A program made the translations under genes and the position numbers. Shown in pieces: positions 31,169-40,175 of a DNA stretch of 64,000 nucleotides. The DNA is from an uncultured Verrucomicrobiae bacterium (GTDB lineage Bacteria; Verrucomicrobiota; Verrucomicrobiia; Chthoniobacterales; UBA10450): the NCBI GenBank assembly GCA_963756875.1, contig CAVWPA010000003.1, positions 320,001 to 384,000 on the forward strand. Reading direction: 5' to 3'. The number at the start of each line of letters is the position of its first letter. Within the stretch, counting starts at the first letter, position 1. The notes beneath the pieces are model-generated. The model had not been told where the DNA came from. It saw only the letters and a list, made by a program, of their open reading frames with translations, and did not search any database.

Positions 31169-32278
31169 TCAATACATGCGAGCGCGGAACATCCATCCTG
31201 CCACAGCCAGGTTGATCAAGCCGATGATTGCCATCGGCCAAAACTGGCTGATCAGCAGATGAAACGGCGTCCCTTCCAGAAACACGCTGCGCAGGATCAC
31301 GAGAAAATAGCGCATGGGATTGATCAATGTGAGCCGCTGGACCAAATAGGGCATGTTGGCGATTGGGGTGGCGAAGCCCGAGAGAATGATCGACGGCACA
31401 ATGAAGAGAAAGGCGCCGAGCAATCCCTGTTGCTGCGTAACCGAAAGGGATGAGATCATCAGACCCACGCCTACGGTCGAGAGCAGAAAGAAGAACATCC
31501 CCACGTACAATGTGGCCACGCTGCCGCGCAACGGCACTTGAAACCACAGCGTGGCGATCAGAATGATCACCGTCGCCTCGGCAAAACCGATAATGAATCC
31601 CGGCAGCGCCTTGCCGATGAGGATTTCCACGGGACGGAAGGGCGTCACGAGCAATTGATCGAACGTCCCCTGCTCGCGTTCGCGGGCCACGGAGAGCGCG
31701 GTGACCAATGTCGTGACCACCAGCGTTAGCAATCCGACAATGCCGGGCACGATGAACCAGCGGCTGACCAGGTTCGGATTGAACCACGCGCGCGTTTCCA
31801 GGTAGGCCGGGGTCGCCACGGCGCCGGCCCGTTGTTGCCAGTCGGCGTCAAACCCGGCGATGATGGTGTTGACGTAATTGAGGAGAATCGCCGCCGTATT
31901 GGAGTTGCGTCCGTCGATGATGACCTGCACCGGCCCGGATCGATCATTGAGCAATTCGCGGCTGAACTGCGGGCTGATGTGCAGCACCAAGAGCGCTTTT
32001 CTGGCATCCACCAGCGGCGCGATTTGCTCGTCGTGCGAAATCGTCGTTACCAAATCAAAATTCGGCGAACCCTCAAAGCGCGCCACCAGATCACGCGACG
32101 CCTGGCTGTGATCCTCGTCGTAAACGGCCAGGGGAATGCGATTCAGGTCGAACGTGGCGGCGTAGCCAAACACCAGCAACTGGAGAATGGGCGGCACGAT
32201 TACCACGATCCGGCTTCGCTTATCCTTGAACAGGGCCAGGAATTCCTTCGTCATCAATGCCCGGATTCGTCGCCACAT
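31169..32278 (-). CDS. ABC-2 type permease (YbhR-like)
   Basis: KEF...PP.LQLL.FGYA, REREQGTFDQLLVTP, LSGFATPI. Confidence 0.9.
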   Translation of the reverse strand: MWRRIRALMTKEFLALFKDKRSRIVVIVPPILQLLVFGYAATFDLNRIPLAVYDEDHSQASRDLVARFEGSPNFDLVTTISHDEQIAPLVDARKALLVLHISPQFSRELLNDRSGPVQVIIDGRNSNTAAILLNYVNTIIAGFDADWQQRAGAVATPAYLETRAWFNPNLVSRWFIVPGIVGLLTLVVTTLVTALSVAREREQGTFDQLLVTPFRPVEILIGKALPGFIIGFAEATVIILIATLWFQVPLRGSVATLYVGMFFFLLSTVGVGLMISSLSVTQQQGLLGAFLFIVPSIILSGFATPIANMPYLVQRLTLINPMRYFLVILRSVFLEGTPFHLLISQFWPMAIIGLINLAVAGWMFRARMY

Positions 32279-32287
32279 GGTCGTCTC

Positions 32288-33436
32288 CTATTCCAGCCGT
32301 TTCCGCAGTTTGCGCCGGCTCACCCCTAGAAAGAACGCCGCCAGCACCACCAGAGCCAATGCGTTAGGCACGAGCACAGACCAGACGTTGCCGGCCAAAA
32401 ACAGCGTCTGCAAAATCGCCACAAAATATCGCGCCGCCAACAGGTAGGTAATTCCCTGAACGACGCGTGGCATGCTGCCGATATCAAAGATGAACCCGGA
32501 CAAGATGAAAGCCGGCAGAAATGTGGTGATGATCGCGATCTGGCCGGCGACGAACTGGTTCTTCGTCACGGTCGAAATCAGTAATCCCATCCCGAGTGCC
32601 GCCAAGAGAAACAGTGACGAGGCCGCAAACAGAAGTACCAGCGACCCGCGCAGCGGCACGCCAAAGAGCCACACGCCCATCGCCACCGACAGCACCATCC
32701 CCCCCGTGCCGAGGACGAAGTAGGGCAGCACTTTGCCGAGCAACACCTCGGCCATGGTCACCGGCGTTACCAGCAATGCTTCCATCGTGCCGCGTTCCCA
32801 TTCCCGCGCCATCACCAGTGCGGTCAACAGCGCGCCGATCAGCGTCATGATGATGGCGATCAGGCCCGGCACGAGAAAATTGCGGCTGCGCAGCTCGCTG
32901 TTGAACCAGATGCGTGGAGCGACCTGCAACGGCGTGTTCAACGTTTCGCCGCGCGCCCGTGCCTGCTTTTGCAGCCAGCCTTGCCAGACGCCCTGCACGT
33001 AACCAAGGATGAGCCGCGCGGTGTTGGCGTCCACGCCGTTGACAATCACCTGCACCGGCGTGCCGCCCGGTTGGCGTAATTGCCGGGCGAAATCCGAGCG
33101 TAAGTGAACGATGGCGTCCACGCGACGCTGCATCAGCGCCGCCTCGGCCTCGTGGAGATTATACATGAAGACCGGCGCGAAGTAGCGCGACTGCTGGAAA
33201 CCTCCGGTCAAGCTGGCGGTGTCGGTGCTCGGTTGCTCCACGACGAGCGCGACCGGCACGTGCTCCGCGTCGAGCGACACACCATAGCCGAAGATCAGCA
33301 GCAACACGACCGGCAGCAGGAACGCAATCGCGATGCTGCTCGGATCGCGCAGGATTTGGAGGAACTCCTTGCGAAGCAATCCGCGCAAGCGCATATGGCC
33401 GCCGCCGCGTGAGAGTGGCTCCGGTTGCGCGCTCAT
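32288..33436 (-). CDS. ABC-2 type permease (YbhS-like)
   Basis: KEFLQILRDPSS, REWERGTMEALL, LSGFIFDI. Confidence 0.9.
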   Translation of the reverse strand: MSAQPEPLSRGGGHMRLRGLLRKEFLQILRDPSSIAIAFLLPVVLLLIFGYGVSLDAEHVPVALVVEQPSTDTASLTGGFQQSRYFAPVFMYNLHEAEAALMQRRVDAIVHLRSDFARQLRQPGGTPVQVIVNGVDANTARLILGYVQGVWQGWLQKQARARGETLNTPLQVAPRIWFNSELRSRNFLVPGLIAIIMTLIGALLTALVMAREWERGTMEALLVTPVTMAEVLLGKVLPYFVLGTGGMVLSVAMGVWLFGVPLRGSLVLLFAASSLFLLAALGMGLLISTVTKNQFVAGQIAIITTFLPAFILSGFIFDIGSMPRVVQGITYLLAARYFVAILQTLFLAGNVWSVLVPNALALVVLAAFFLGVSRRKLRKRLE

Positions 33437-35220
33437 CCGCCTGGTTCCTTGCTTTCGATGAGCGCGATAAATGCGTCCTCCATCGTCGGCTCCGGTTGCT
33501 CGGCGGTGCGCTCACGTTTCTTGATTTCTTCGGGCGTGCCGATCGCGAGAATTTCGCCATCGGCCATGATGGCCAGCCGGTCACAATACTCGGCCTCTTC
33601 CATGAAATGAGTGGTTACCATCACGGTCACGCGTCGCTCGGCCAGCGCGTTGATCCGTCGCCAGAATTCCCGCCGCGCCAGCGGATCAACGCCTGAAGTT
33701 GGTTCGTCGAGAAACAGGATTTCCGGTTCATGCATGAGCGCACAGGCCATCGCCAGCCGCTGCTTGTGGCCCAGCGGCAAATCGAGACTGGTGACGTCGG
33801 CCATCGGGGCGAGCTCGAATTGGCCTAACGCCCAATCCATCCGATCGCGCTGACGTTTCCCGAAAAGATTGTAGGCGCTGCTGAAGAAACGCAGGTTTTC
33901 GCAGACGCTGAGATTGCCGTAGAGCGAGAATTTCTGCGACATGTAACCGACCTTCGCCCGGGCCGCGGCCGCCGCGCGCCGCAGGTCCACGCCCGCGACG
34001 CGCAGACGGCCCTCGGTCGCCGGCAACAAACCGCACAACATCCGGAACACGGTCGACTTGCCTGCGCCGTTTGCGCCGAGCAACCCGAAGACCTCGCCGC
34101 GGTCCACCCGGAACGTTACGCCTTTGACCGCATAGAAATCGCCGAAGCGCCGTTTGACGTTTTCGACATCGATCACCGGGCCAGCGCCGTTGGTGTGGCG
34201 CACCGAATCTCCGCTCATCGCTTCCGGCGATTTCACCGCCGCGGCCTCTGGCTTTCGCTTTCGCAGCATGGTCACAAAACTGTCTTCCAGCCGTGGCGGC
34301 ACCGGCTGGATGGCGATGTCCTTATTGTTCGGCAACAACGTCACGGGATCGGGGCGAACATCGCTCTCCATGACCAGGCGCACGGATTCGCCCTGGATCA
34401 ACGCATCGACCACGCCCGGCGCGCTCGAGAGCGATTCCTGGAGAGCGCGCTTGTTGGCGACGGACGAAGTCACCATGTAGGTCCGGCCACGGGAACGTTC
34501 GCTGAATTCCTGCGGCGGACCGTGCCCCAGGACCTCGCCATCGTGCATCAGGATCACTTCAGCGCAGCGTTCCGCTTCGTCGAGATAGGCTGTGCTCAGC
34601 AGAACGGTCACGCCTTCCTTTTGCGCCAGTCGATAAACGATCTGCCAAAGTTCGCGTCGCGAAACGGGATCAACGCCCACCGTTGGTTCGTCGAGCAACA
34701 GTAACTCCGGCGGACGCACCAGCGTGCAAGCCAGCCCGAGCTTCTGCTTCATCCCGCCTGACAAACGGCCGGCGAGGCGCGCGGTGAACCGGGCCAGGCC
34801 GGTCATTTGCATCAACTCCTCATACACGGGAGCCCGATCGGCATGCGGCACGCCCTGCAAGTCGGCATAGAGATCGAGATTCTCCTGGACCGACAAATCT
34901 TCGTAGAGCCCAAAGCGCTGCGGCATGTAGCCAACGCGCGCCTGCACCTCCAGCGAATCGCGCGCGGCATCGAAACCCAACACCGTGATCTGGCCGTCGT
35001 CGGGCACGAGCAGCCCGACCACCATCCGCATAAGCGTCGTCTTGCCCGCGCCATCCGGCCCGATCAATCCCGTGACGCGTCCACGTCGCACGGCGAGATT
35101 GATATCGCGGAGAGCCTCGACTGTTCGCCCGCCCGCCACGAACTGTTTGCGCACGCCGTGTAACTCCAGCACAACGTCGGACTCACGCTGCGCCCGCTCG
35201 GTTTTTCCGGAGGCGTCCAT
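33433..35220 (-). CDS. ABC ATP-binding protein with two NBDs (YbhF-like)
   Basis: GPDGAGKT, LSGGMKQKL, DEPTVGVDP; GANGAGKS, LPLGHKQRL, DEPTSGVDP. Confidence 0.92.
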   Translation of the reverse strand: MDASGKTERAQRESDVVLELHGVRKQFVAGGRTVEALRDINLAVRRGRVTGLIGPDGAGKTTLMRMVVGLLVPDDGQITVLGFDAARDSLEVQARVGYMPQRFGLYEDLSVQENLDLYADLQGVPHADRAPVYEELMQMTGLARFTARLAGRLSGGMKQKLGLACTLVRPPELLLLDEPTVGVDPVSRRELWQIVYRLAQKEGVTVLLSTAYLDEAERCAEVILMHDGEVLGHGPPQEFSERSRGRTYMVTSSVANKRALQESLSSAPGVVDALIQGESVRLVMESDVRPDPVTLLPNNKDIAIQPVPPRLEDSFVTMLRKRKPEAAAVKSPEAMSGDSVRHTNGAGPVIDVENVKRRFGDFYAVKGVTFRVDRGEVFGLLGANGAGKSTVFRMLCGLLPATEGRLRVAGVDLRRAAAAARAKVGYMSQKFSLYGNLSVCENLRFFSSAYNLFGKRQRDRMDWALGQFELAPMADVTSLDLPLGHKQRLAMACALMHEPEILFLDEPTSGVDPLARREFWRRINALAERRVTVMVTTHFMEEAEYCDRLAIMADGEILAIGTPEEIKKRERTAEQPEPTMEDAFIALIESKEPGG

Positions 35221-35229
35221 GCGTGCGAG

Positions 35230-36165
35230 CTACTTTTGCGACTGGTTGAGCGGGATGGTGACGACCGCCGGCATCCCGAGGCGGAGTTCGCCTCTCGGGT
35301 TGTGAACAAAGACGCGCACCTGATAGACGAGTTTGGTTCGCACCTCGGCAGTCTCCACCGTTTTCGGGGTAAACTCAGCCGTCGGCGAGATGAACCCGAT
35401 CCAGCCGTCGTAATGTTTGTTAGGGAAACTATCGGTCGTCACCTCCGCCTTCATTCCTTCGCGGATTTTGCCGAGGTCCGTCTCCGACACGTAGGCCCGC
35501 ACCCATAACGGATCGTCAAGCGCCAGCGTGAAGACCGGCTCATGCGGCGAGGCCATGTCGCCCGGCTCGAGCAGCCGATCCTGGATGACGCCATTACTGG
35601 GCGCGTAAAGTCTGGCGTTGGCCAGGTCGCGTTTCACTAATTCGAGCTGGGCTTCGTTCGCTTTCAGCGTGGCCTGGGCTGCGGCGATGTTTTGCTTCGC
35701 CGCCGCCAGGGTGGCCGTGGCCACATCGAGCACGGCCCGCGCATTGTCGAGGTCCTGGGGAGAGACGACCTTTCTCTCGCGCAGATCCTTGACGCGCTTA
35801 AAAGTGAGATCGGCGTTGACGAGATTGGCCTGCGCCACGTTCCTGTCCGCTTCGGCCTTGAGGACGGCTTGCTGCTGGGCGGCCACGTTGGCCTCACCGG
35901 TCGCGACGGTCGCCGCAAACCGCCGGCTATCGAGGGTCGCCAATTCCTGTCCCGTATTCACGCGGTCGCCTTCCCTAACGAGCAAGGCTGTGATCCGCTC
36001 GCTGTCGTTGAAGGCAAGTTGCACCTGGCGAATATCCACATTGCCGTAAAGCACCAACCGGCCTTTCGCGCCGGCGCCGTGGTGGGCAAACCAAAACCAG
36101 ACCAGGCCGGCCACGATCACGATCCCGAGCACACCGATAAAAATGCGAACTCGATTTCGCTTCAT
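35230..36165 (-). CDS. HlyD-family periplasmic adaptor (YbhG-like)
   Basis: TM anchor, LYGNVDIRQV, coiled coil, AEFTPKTVET. Confidence 0.92.
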   Translation of the reverse strand: MKRNRVRIFIGVLGIVIVAGLVWFWFAHHGAGAKGRLVLYGNVDIRQVQLAFNDSERITALLVREGDRVNTGQELATLDSRRFAATVATGEANVAAQQQAVLKAEADRNVAQANLVNADLTFKRVKDLRERKVVSPQDLDNARAVLDVATATLAAAKQNIAAAQATLKANEAQLELVKRDLANARLYAPSNGVIQDRLLEPGDMASPHEPVFTLALDDPLWVRAYVSETDLGKIREGMKAEVTTDSFPNKHYDGWIGFISPTAEFTPKTVETAEVRTKLVYQVRVFVHNPRGELRLGMPAVVTIPLNQSQK

Positions 36166-36440
36166 GGCTTCAATCTACTCGCAATCAACGACGCATTGTA
36201 TTGGCATTCGACAGGTTAGCACACGACCAGGCCGCGAACCGATCCGGCACGGGCTGGCACGCGCTTTTCCAGTCATAAGGTTTCGTAGAGCCCGAAATAC
36301 CAAAGCGCCCGGTGGGGGCGCCTGCGACAGTGTGGCCACCGGTGAAGGGCAGCGAAAAATGCTCAGTGACATTGAGGGACCAGACAGAACGGCCAAGAAA
36401 CAATCTTGCAGGTCTTTCCTCCTGAGAGATCGGCATCGTT

Positions 36441-37286
36441 TCACTTCTTGCTTTTCTCTTCAGCCGCAGCCTCGTGATATTTCTTGCGAATGTCAGCGAT
36501 GTTCACTGTTGGCGCTGGAACTTTTATCCCCAGGTTTTCCATCGTCTCGACGATGATGTGCGAGATCGCCAGATTGCGAAACCATTTGTGGTCGGAGGGA
36601 ATCACAAACCACGGCGCGTCATCAGTCGTGCATTTGTTGATCGCGTCCTGGTAGGCGGCCTGGTAATCGTCCCAGTATTTCCGTTCCGAGTAATCGGATT
36701 CGCTGATCTTCCAATGCCGGCCGCGATCATCCAGCCGCTGCTCGAAGCGTTCCAGTTGCTCTTCCTTACTGATGTGCAGGAAGAATTTTAAAATGTGCGT
36801 GTTGTTTGCAGCCAGGCGCCGCTCGAAGTCGTTGATTTGCTCGTAACGCTTTGACCAGACCTTTCTTGGAACAAGACCATGAACGCGCACGATCAGTACA
36901 TCTTCGTAGTGCGAGCGGTTGAAGATCACCACCTCGCCGCGTCTCGGCGTCTGGCGTTCGATCCGCCATAAGAAATCATGCGCTAACTCTTCCGCCGTTG
37001 GCTGCTTGAAACTTACAACGCTGCAGCCCTGCGGATTCATCGCGCCGATGACGTGCCGGACGACGCCATCTTTGCCGCCTGCATCCGGGGCCTGAAGGCA
37101 AATCAAGAGTGAGCGTTTGTTTTCGGCGTAAAGCTGAAACTGCAACTCGTCGATCCGCTTTTGGAGCTTCTCAATCTTCCGAAGCGCGGATTTTTTCTTT
37201 TCGTGTTTGGCTGCAAACTGTGGGTCGAAATCTTTGAGCCGGATTTTCTCTCCGGGCTTTACCCGGAATTCTTTGTGGTAGTTCAT
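36441..37286 (-). CDS. ppk2: Polyphosphate kinase 2 (class III-like)
   Basis: QAPDAGGKDG, FKQPT.EEL.HDFLWR, FNRSHYEDVL, PSDHKWFRN. Confidence 0.93.
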   Translation of the reverse strand: MNYHKEFRVKPGEKIRLKDFDPQFAAKHEKKKSALRKIEKLQKRIDELQFQLYAENKRSLLICLQAPDAGGKDGVVRHVIGAMNPQGCSVVSFKQPTAEELAHDFLWRIERQTPRRGEVVIFNRSHYEDVLIVRVHGLVPRKVWSKRYEQINDFERRLAANNTHILKFFLHISKEEQLERFEQRLDDRGRHWKISESDYSERKYWDDYQAAYQDAINKCTTDDAPWFVIPSDHKWFRNLAISHIIVETMENLGIKVPAPTVNIADIRKKYHEAAAEEKSKK

Positions 37287-37588
37287 GCGTTTTTTGGTTG
37301 ATGGAATTTCGCAGGACGCTGTGTCGACGAGACAGGAGCGCGGGAGTCGAGAATGCGATACGTGGCGAGCTGGATCAAATCGTTAACAAAAAACAATGCC
37401 AGTGCGTATCCCCAAACCGCCGGCGCCCAGCCCCAGCCGATCGGCGTCATGAATATTCCATAAACCGCTATCAAGGTTCGCTTTTTTGCCTCGACCGTGC
37501 TCAACCCGTTTGGCGACGCTGGCGGATCAACTGGCGCCGCCTTGGCGGGTGGCGGGGCCGCCGGTGATGGGGAGCCGTTACTTGTCAT
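37283..37588 (-). pseudogene. In-frame internally deleted P3A H+-ATPase remnant (101 aa)
   Basis: SPNGLSTVEAKKR matches the N-terminal SPDGLTQAEAQKR of the ATPase at 24103. It is fused to TLIAVYGIFMTPIGW...VND...YRILD, which matches that ATPase's last helices. Confidence 0.8.
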
Positions 37589-37625
37589 GTTCTTATTCTT
37601 TCGAGGGGACGGGCAGTTGTTTCGT

Positions 37626-38627
37626 TCATTTCCACAGGATGACAGTGACAACGAAAACGGCGTAGAGCGCGACCAGCAACGCGCCGCCGCCACGAAGCAA
37701 TCCATGCCGACGGCTTGCCGCGATGAGCGCGACCACTTTCATTCCGATCAACCACAGCGCGGCGAAGACGATTTGTGGCGAAGGCGCCGTGAAGCCTATC
37801 AGCAGGGCCGGCAAGGCGATGCCGGCAATAACGTTCAGCGTGTTGCTGTTCAGAGATTCGCTGACCACCGCGGCGCCGCGGCCGTCGCGAGCGAGCTGCA
37901 CCGCGGCGATGACATTCGGGATCGATGTCAACGCCGCCAGGATAAGCGTGCCGATCACAGCCTGGCTCACTCCCCATCGCGCGCCGAGTGACACAGCCGA
38001 ACGCACTGCGCCTATGCTGCAACCGACGATCAGCCCTACTGCTATGACGACCCACATGGGATCGTACCAGGCGGCGCGCCGGTTCTTCTTTCGCCTGGAT
38101 GAGTCGCGGTGGACGTGGCCGACGGCTGCCTCCAGGAACTTCTTCCACAAAGAGGGAAGTTTGAGCCGCGCGATCTGCGCCGGATGCATCGCTGTGAGCG
38201 CCACGTAAGGAGCCAGAACAAGGGCCAATAACACCATGCTCGACCAGGCCGGAATCCATCGCAGCACTAACGGGACGAGTATCGCGCTCACTACCAGACT
38301 CGTGCCGCCAGTGAACCAGAGACCCTGCCGGCCAATTTGCACTCTGCCGGCAACCAGAGCGCTCAAGCCAAGTAAGCCGGCGAGATTGAAAATGTTCGAA
38401 CCCAGCACGACGCCAAGGCCGATGTCGTGCTGCTTGAATGAGAGCGCCGCGAACGCGGTGCAAATCTCCGGCGCGTCGGCTCCCAGCGCCGTGACGATGC
38501 CGAGCAAACCTTCCGAGAAACGCTGCGATGCGCCAATGCGCTCCAGGGTTGCGGTAAGCCGGACACTCGCCCAGCACATTATGCCCACGGCCCCGGCAAA
38601 CATCGCTAAAGTTGTCCCCATCCGCAT
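37626..38627 (-). CDS. Cation:Ca2+ antiporter (CaCA, YrbG-like) with divergent alpha repeats
   Basis: Two repeats: ALGADAPE...GSNIFN and ALTSIPN...NSNTLN. About 10 TM. Confidence 0.8.
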   Translation of the reverse strand: MRMGTTLAMFAGAVGIMCWASVRLTATLERIGASQRFSEGLLGIVTALGADAPEICTAFAALSFKQHDIGLGVVLGSNIFNLAGLLGLSALVAGRVQIGRQGLWFTGGTSLVVSAILVPLVLRWIPAWSSMVLLALVLAPYVALTAMHPAQIARLKLPSLWKKFLEAAVGHVHRDSSRRKKNRRAAWYDPMWVVIAVGLIVGCSIGAVRSAVSLGARWGVSQAVIGTLILAALTSIPNVIAAVQLARDGRGAAVVSESLNSNTLNVIAGIALPALLIGFTAPSPQIVFAALWLIGMKVVALIAASRRHGLLRGGGALLVALYAVFVVTVILWK

Positions 38628-38882
38628 AGTGCAACGATGATTTTAGATTCACACGGTGGCCAGCCGTAAAATTGTTAGCACGCCCGCCTGCGCGCTGGAC
38701 AAGTCCTGCGCTTCCGAGTCTCCAACGCGGACGCGGAACTATCGGTAACAGCCACCAGATACTATTTCGCTGCCGGGACGGATGGCACGCGCGAGATCCA
38801 ACAGTTTCTATGACCGCGTCGGGCCCATTGGGTTCTTTGCCCCTGTGCGCGTTGCAGCGCGTTCGGTTTGGTTAAGGGGCAG

Positions 38883-39650
38883 TCAAAGCCCCGGACCTCC
38901 CTGCATGATGGCGCCATCGGCAAAGATCGTTGTCGCCGTAATGTAACTGGCTCCATCGCCGGCGAGAAACGCGACGACGTTGGCGATTTCCTCTGGTTTG
39001 GCCATGCGCCCCAGCGGAATGGCGTTGTCCAGTTTCTTCAACAACGCCGGATCATTCATCGTGCCGAGGTTGATCGGCGTCGCCACGGCGCCGGGGCCGA
39101 CGCCGACGACGAGAATATTGTGCGGCGCGAGTTCGACTCCCGCCGTCCGTGTCAACATCCGCATCCCGCCTTTCGAGAGGCAATAGGCGGTGTTGTCGGG
39201 CATCGGCCAGTCTTCATGCACCGAGGTAATGTTGATGATGCGACCACCGCCGCCTTGCTTGATCATTTGCTGCGCGGCGAGCTGGGTGCCGAAGAATGCG
39301 CTCTTGAGATTGATGGAGAGCACCTTTTCATACTGTGCCTCGGTCGTGTCGAGAATGGAGGTGCGCGTCTCGACGCCGGCGTTATTGACCATGATATCCA
39401 CGCGTCGGAATTTTTTGACTGCGGCGGCGACCAACTTTTGCAGTTCAGCGACCTGGCTGACGTCGGCCTTCACGCCGATGACACGATCCCCAAGTGCGTG
39501 AACCTGTTTTTCAAGATCCTGCGTCGCGTCGGGATGTGTGACGTAATCAATGACGATGTTAGCGCCTTGCCGCGCGAGTTCCAACACGATGGCCATACCG
39601 ATGCCACTATTGCCACCGGTGACGATTGCGACTTTGCCTTTAAGACTTAT
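38883..39650 (-). CDS. SDR oxidoreductase (glucose 1-dehydrogenase-like); apparent start codon ATA
   Basis: TGGNSGIG, NNAG, SVHE, YCLSK, GPGAVATPIN. AAGGAG lies 6 nt upstream of ATA-AGT-CTT-AAA (xSLKGK). Confidence 0.85.
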   Translation of the reverse strand: MSLKGKVAIVTGGNSGIGMAIVLELARQGANIVIDYVTHPDATQDLEKQVHALGDRVIGVKADVSQVAELQKLVAAAVKKFRRVDIMVNNAGVETRTSILDTTEAQYEKVLSINLKSAFFGTQLAAQQMIKQGGGGRIINITSVHEDWPMPDNTAYCLSKGGMRMLTRTAGVELAPHNILVVGVGPGAVATPINLGTMNDPALLKKLDNAIPLGRMAKPEEIANVVAFLAGDGASYITATTIFADGAIMQGGPGL

Positions 39651-39691
39651 TTCTTTCTCCTTGGTCGATAATCTTCCTGGTTGCCAACATT

Positions 39692-39990
39692 TTATACCCG
39701 TGCGCGTGATGTTCGCGTGACGGCAAAAGATAGCACCGACATCACAAGGGCGACAGCCGCTGCTCCGCCGTAGATGACGCTCAAATCCAATCCCGCCCAG
39801 GTTTGCAACGGACCGACGCCGAAAGCGGCTAGGCCATAGCCGATCTGGTAGAACGCGATCAGGCCGCCCGCCACCGAAGCGGCGATGGCCGTCAATTCCT
39901 TCTGACCAAAACTGATGGTCAGCGGCAACAACGCCGAACAACCGAGTCCGGCTAGACCAAAACTAAAAATGCCGAGGGCCGACGTCAGCG
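39692..39990 (-). pseudogene. C-terminal fragment of an MFS transporter (last ~3 TM)
   Basis: LGIFSFGLAGLGCSALLPLTISFGQ...GYGLAAFGVGPL...VLSFAV. The sequence upstream is not transporter-like. Confidence 0.6.
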
Positions 39991-40175
39991 ATTCCGTTTT
40001 TGACGTTCTGATGCGTCGCGGAGAGTTTTTTTTCTTCAGCTCCAAAAATCGTTTGCACTGCTTTCCTTTGAAGCGCGTCACACCATCCGTTGGCCGCTCC
40101 ACAGATAGTCTGTTGCGGTCAGACCTGAATCATGACGTCGATGGCCGGAAGGCCATTTATACCATAAAGTTTGCC

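Noticed and set aside
36175..36444. Two short overlapping ORFs between ppk2 and the HlyD gene
   Set aside because: No protein-like features. More likely a promoter/intergenic region.
38690..38880. Possible integron attC-like sequence after the SDR stop
   Set aside because: No convincing paired R/L boxes, no cassette array and no integrase.
39651..39941. N-terminal extension of the SDR given by the ORF track
   Set aside because: It is an alternate frame of the MFS remnant. The ribosome-binding site points to 39650.
39915..40175. First 87 codons of the 3146-aa ORF
   Set aside because: Overlaps the opposite-strand MFS remnant and a T-rich promoter-like tract. ATG 40176 is more plausible.
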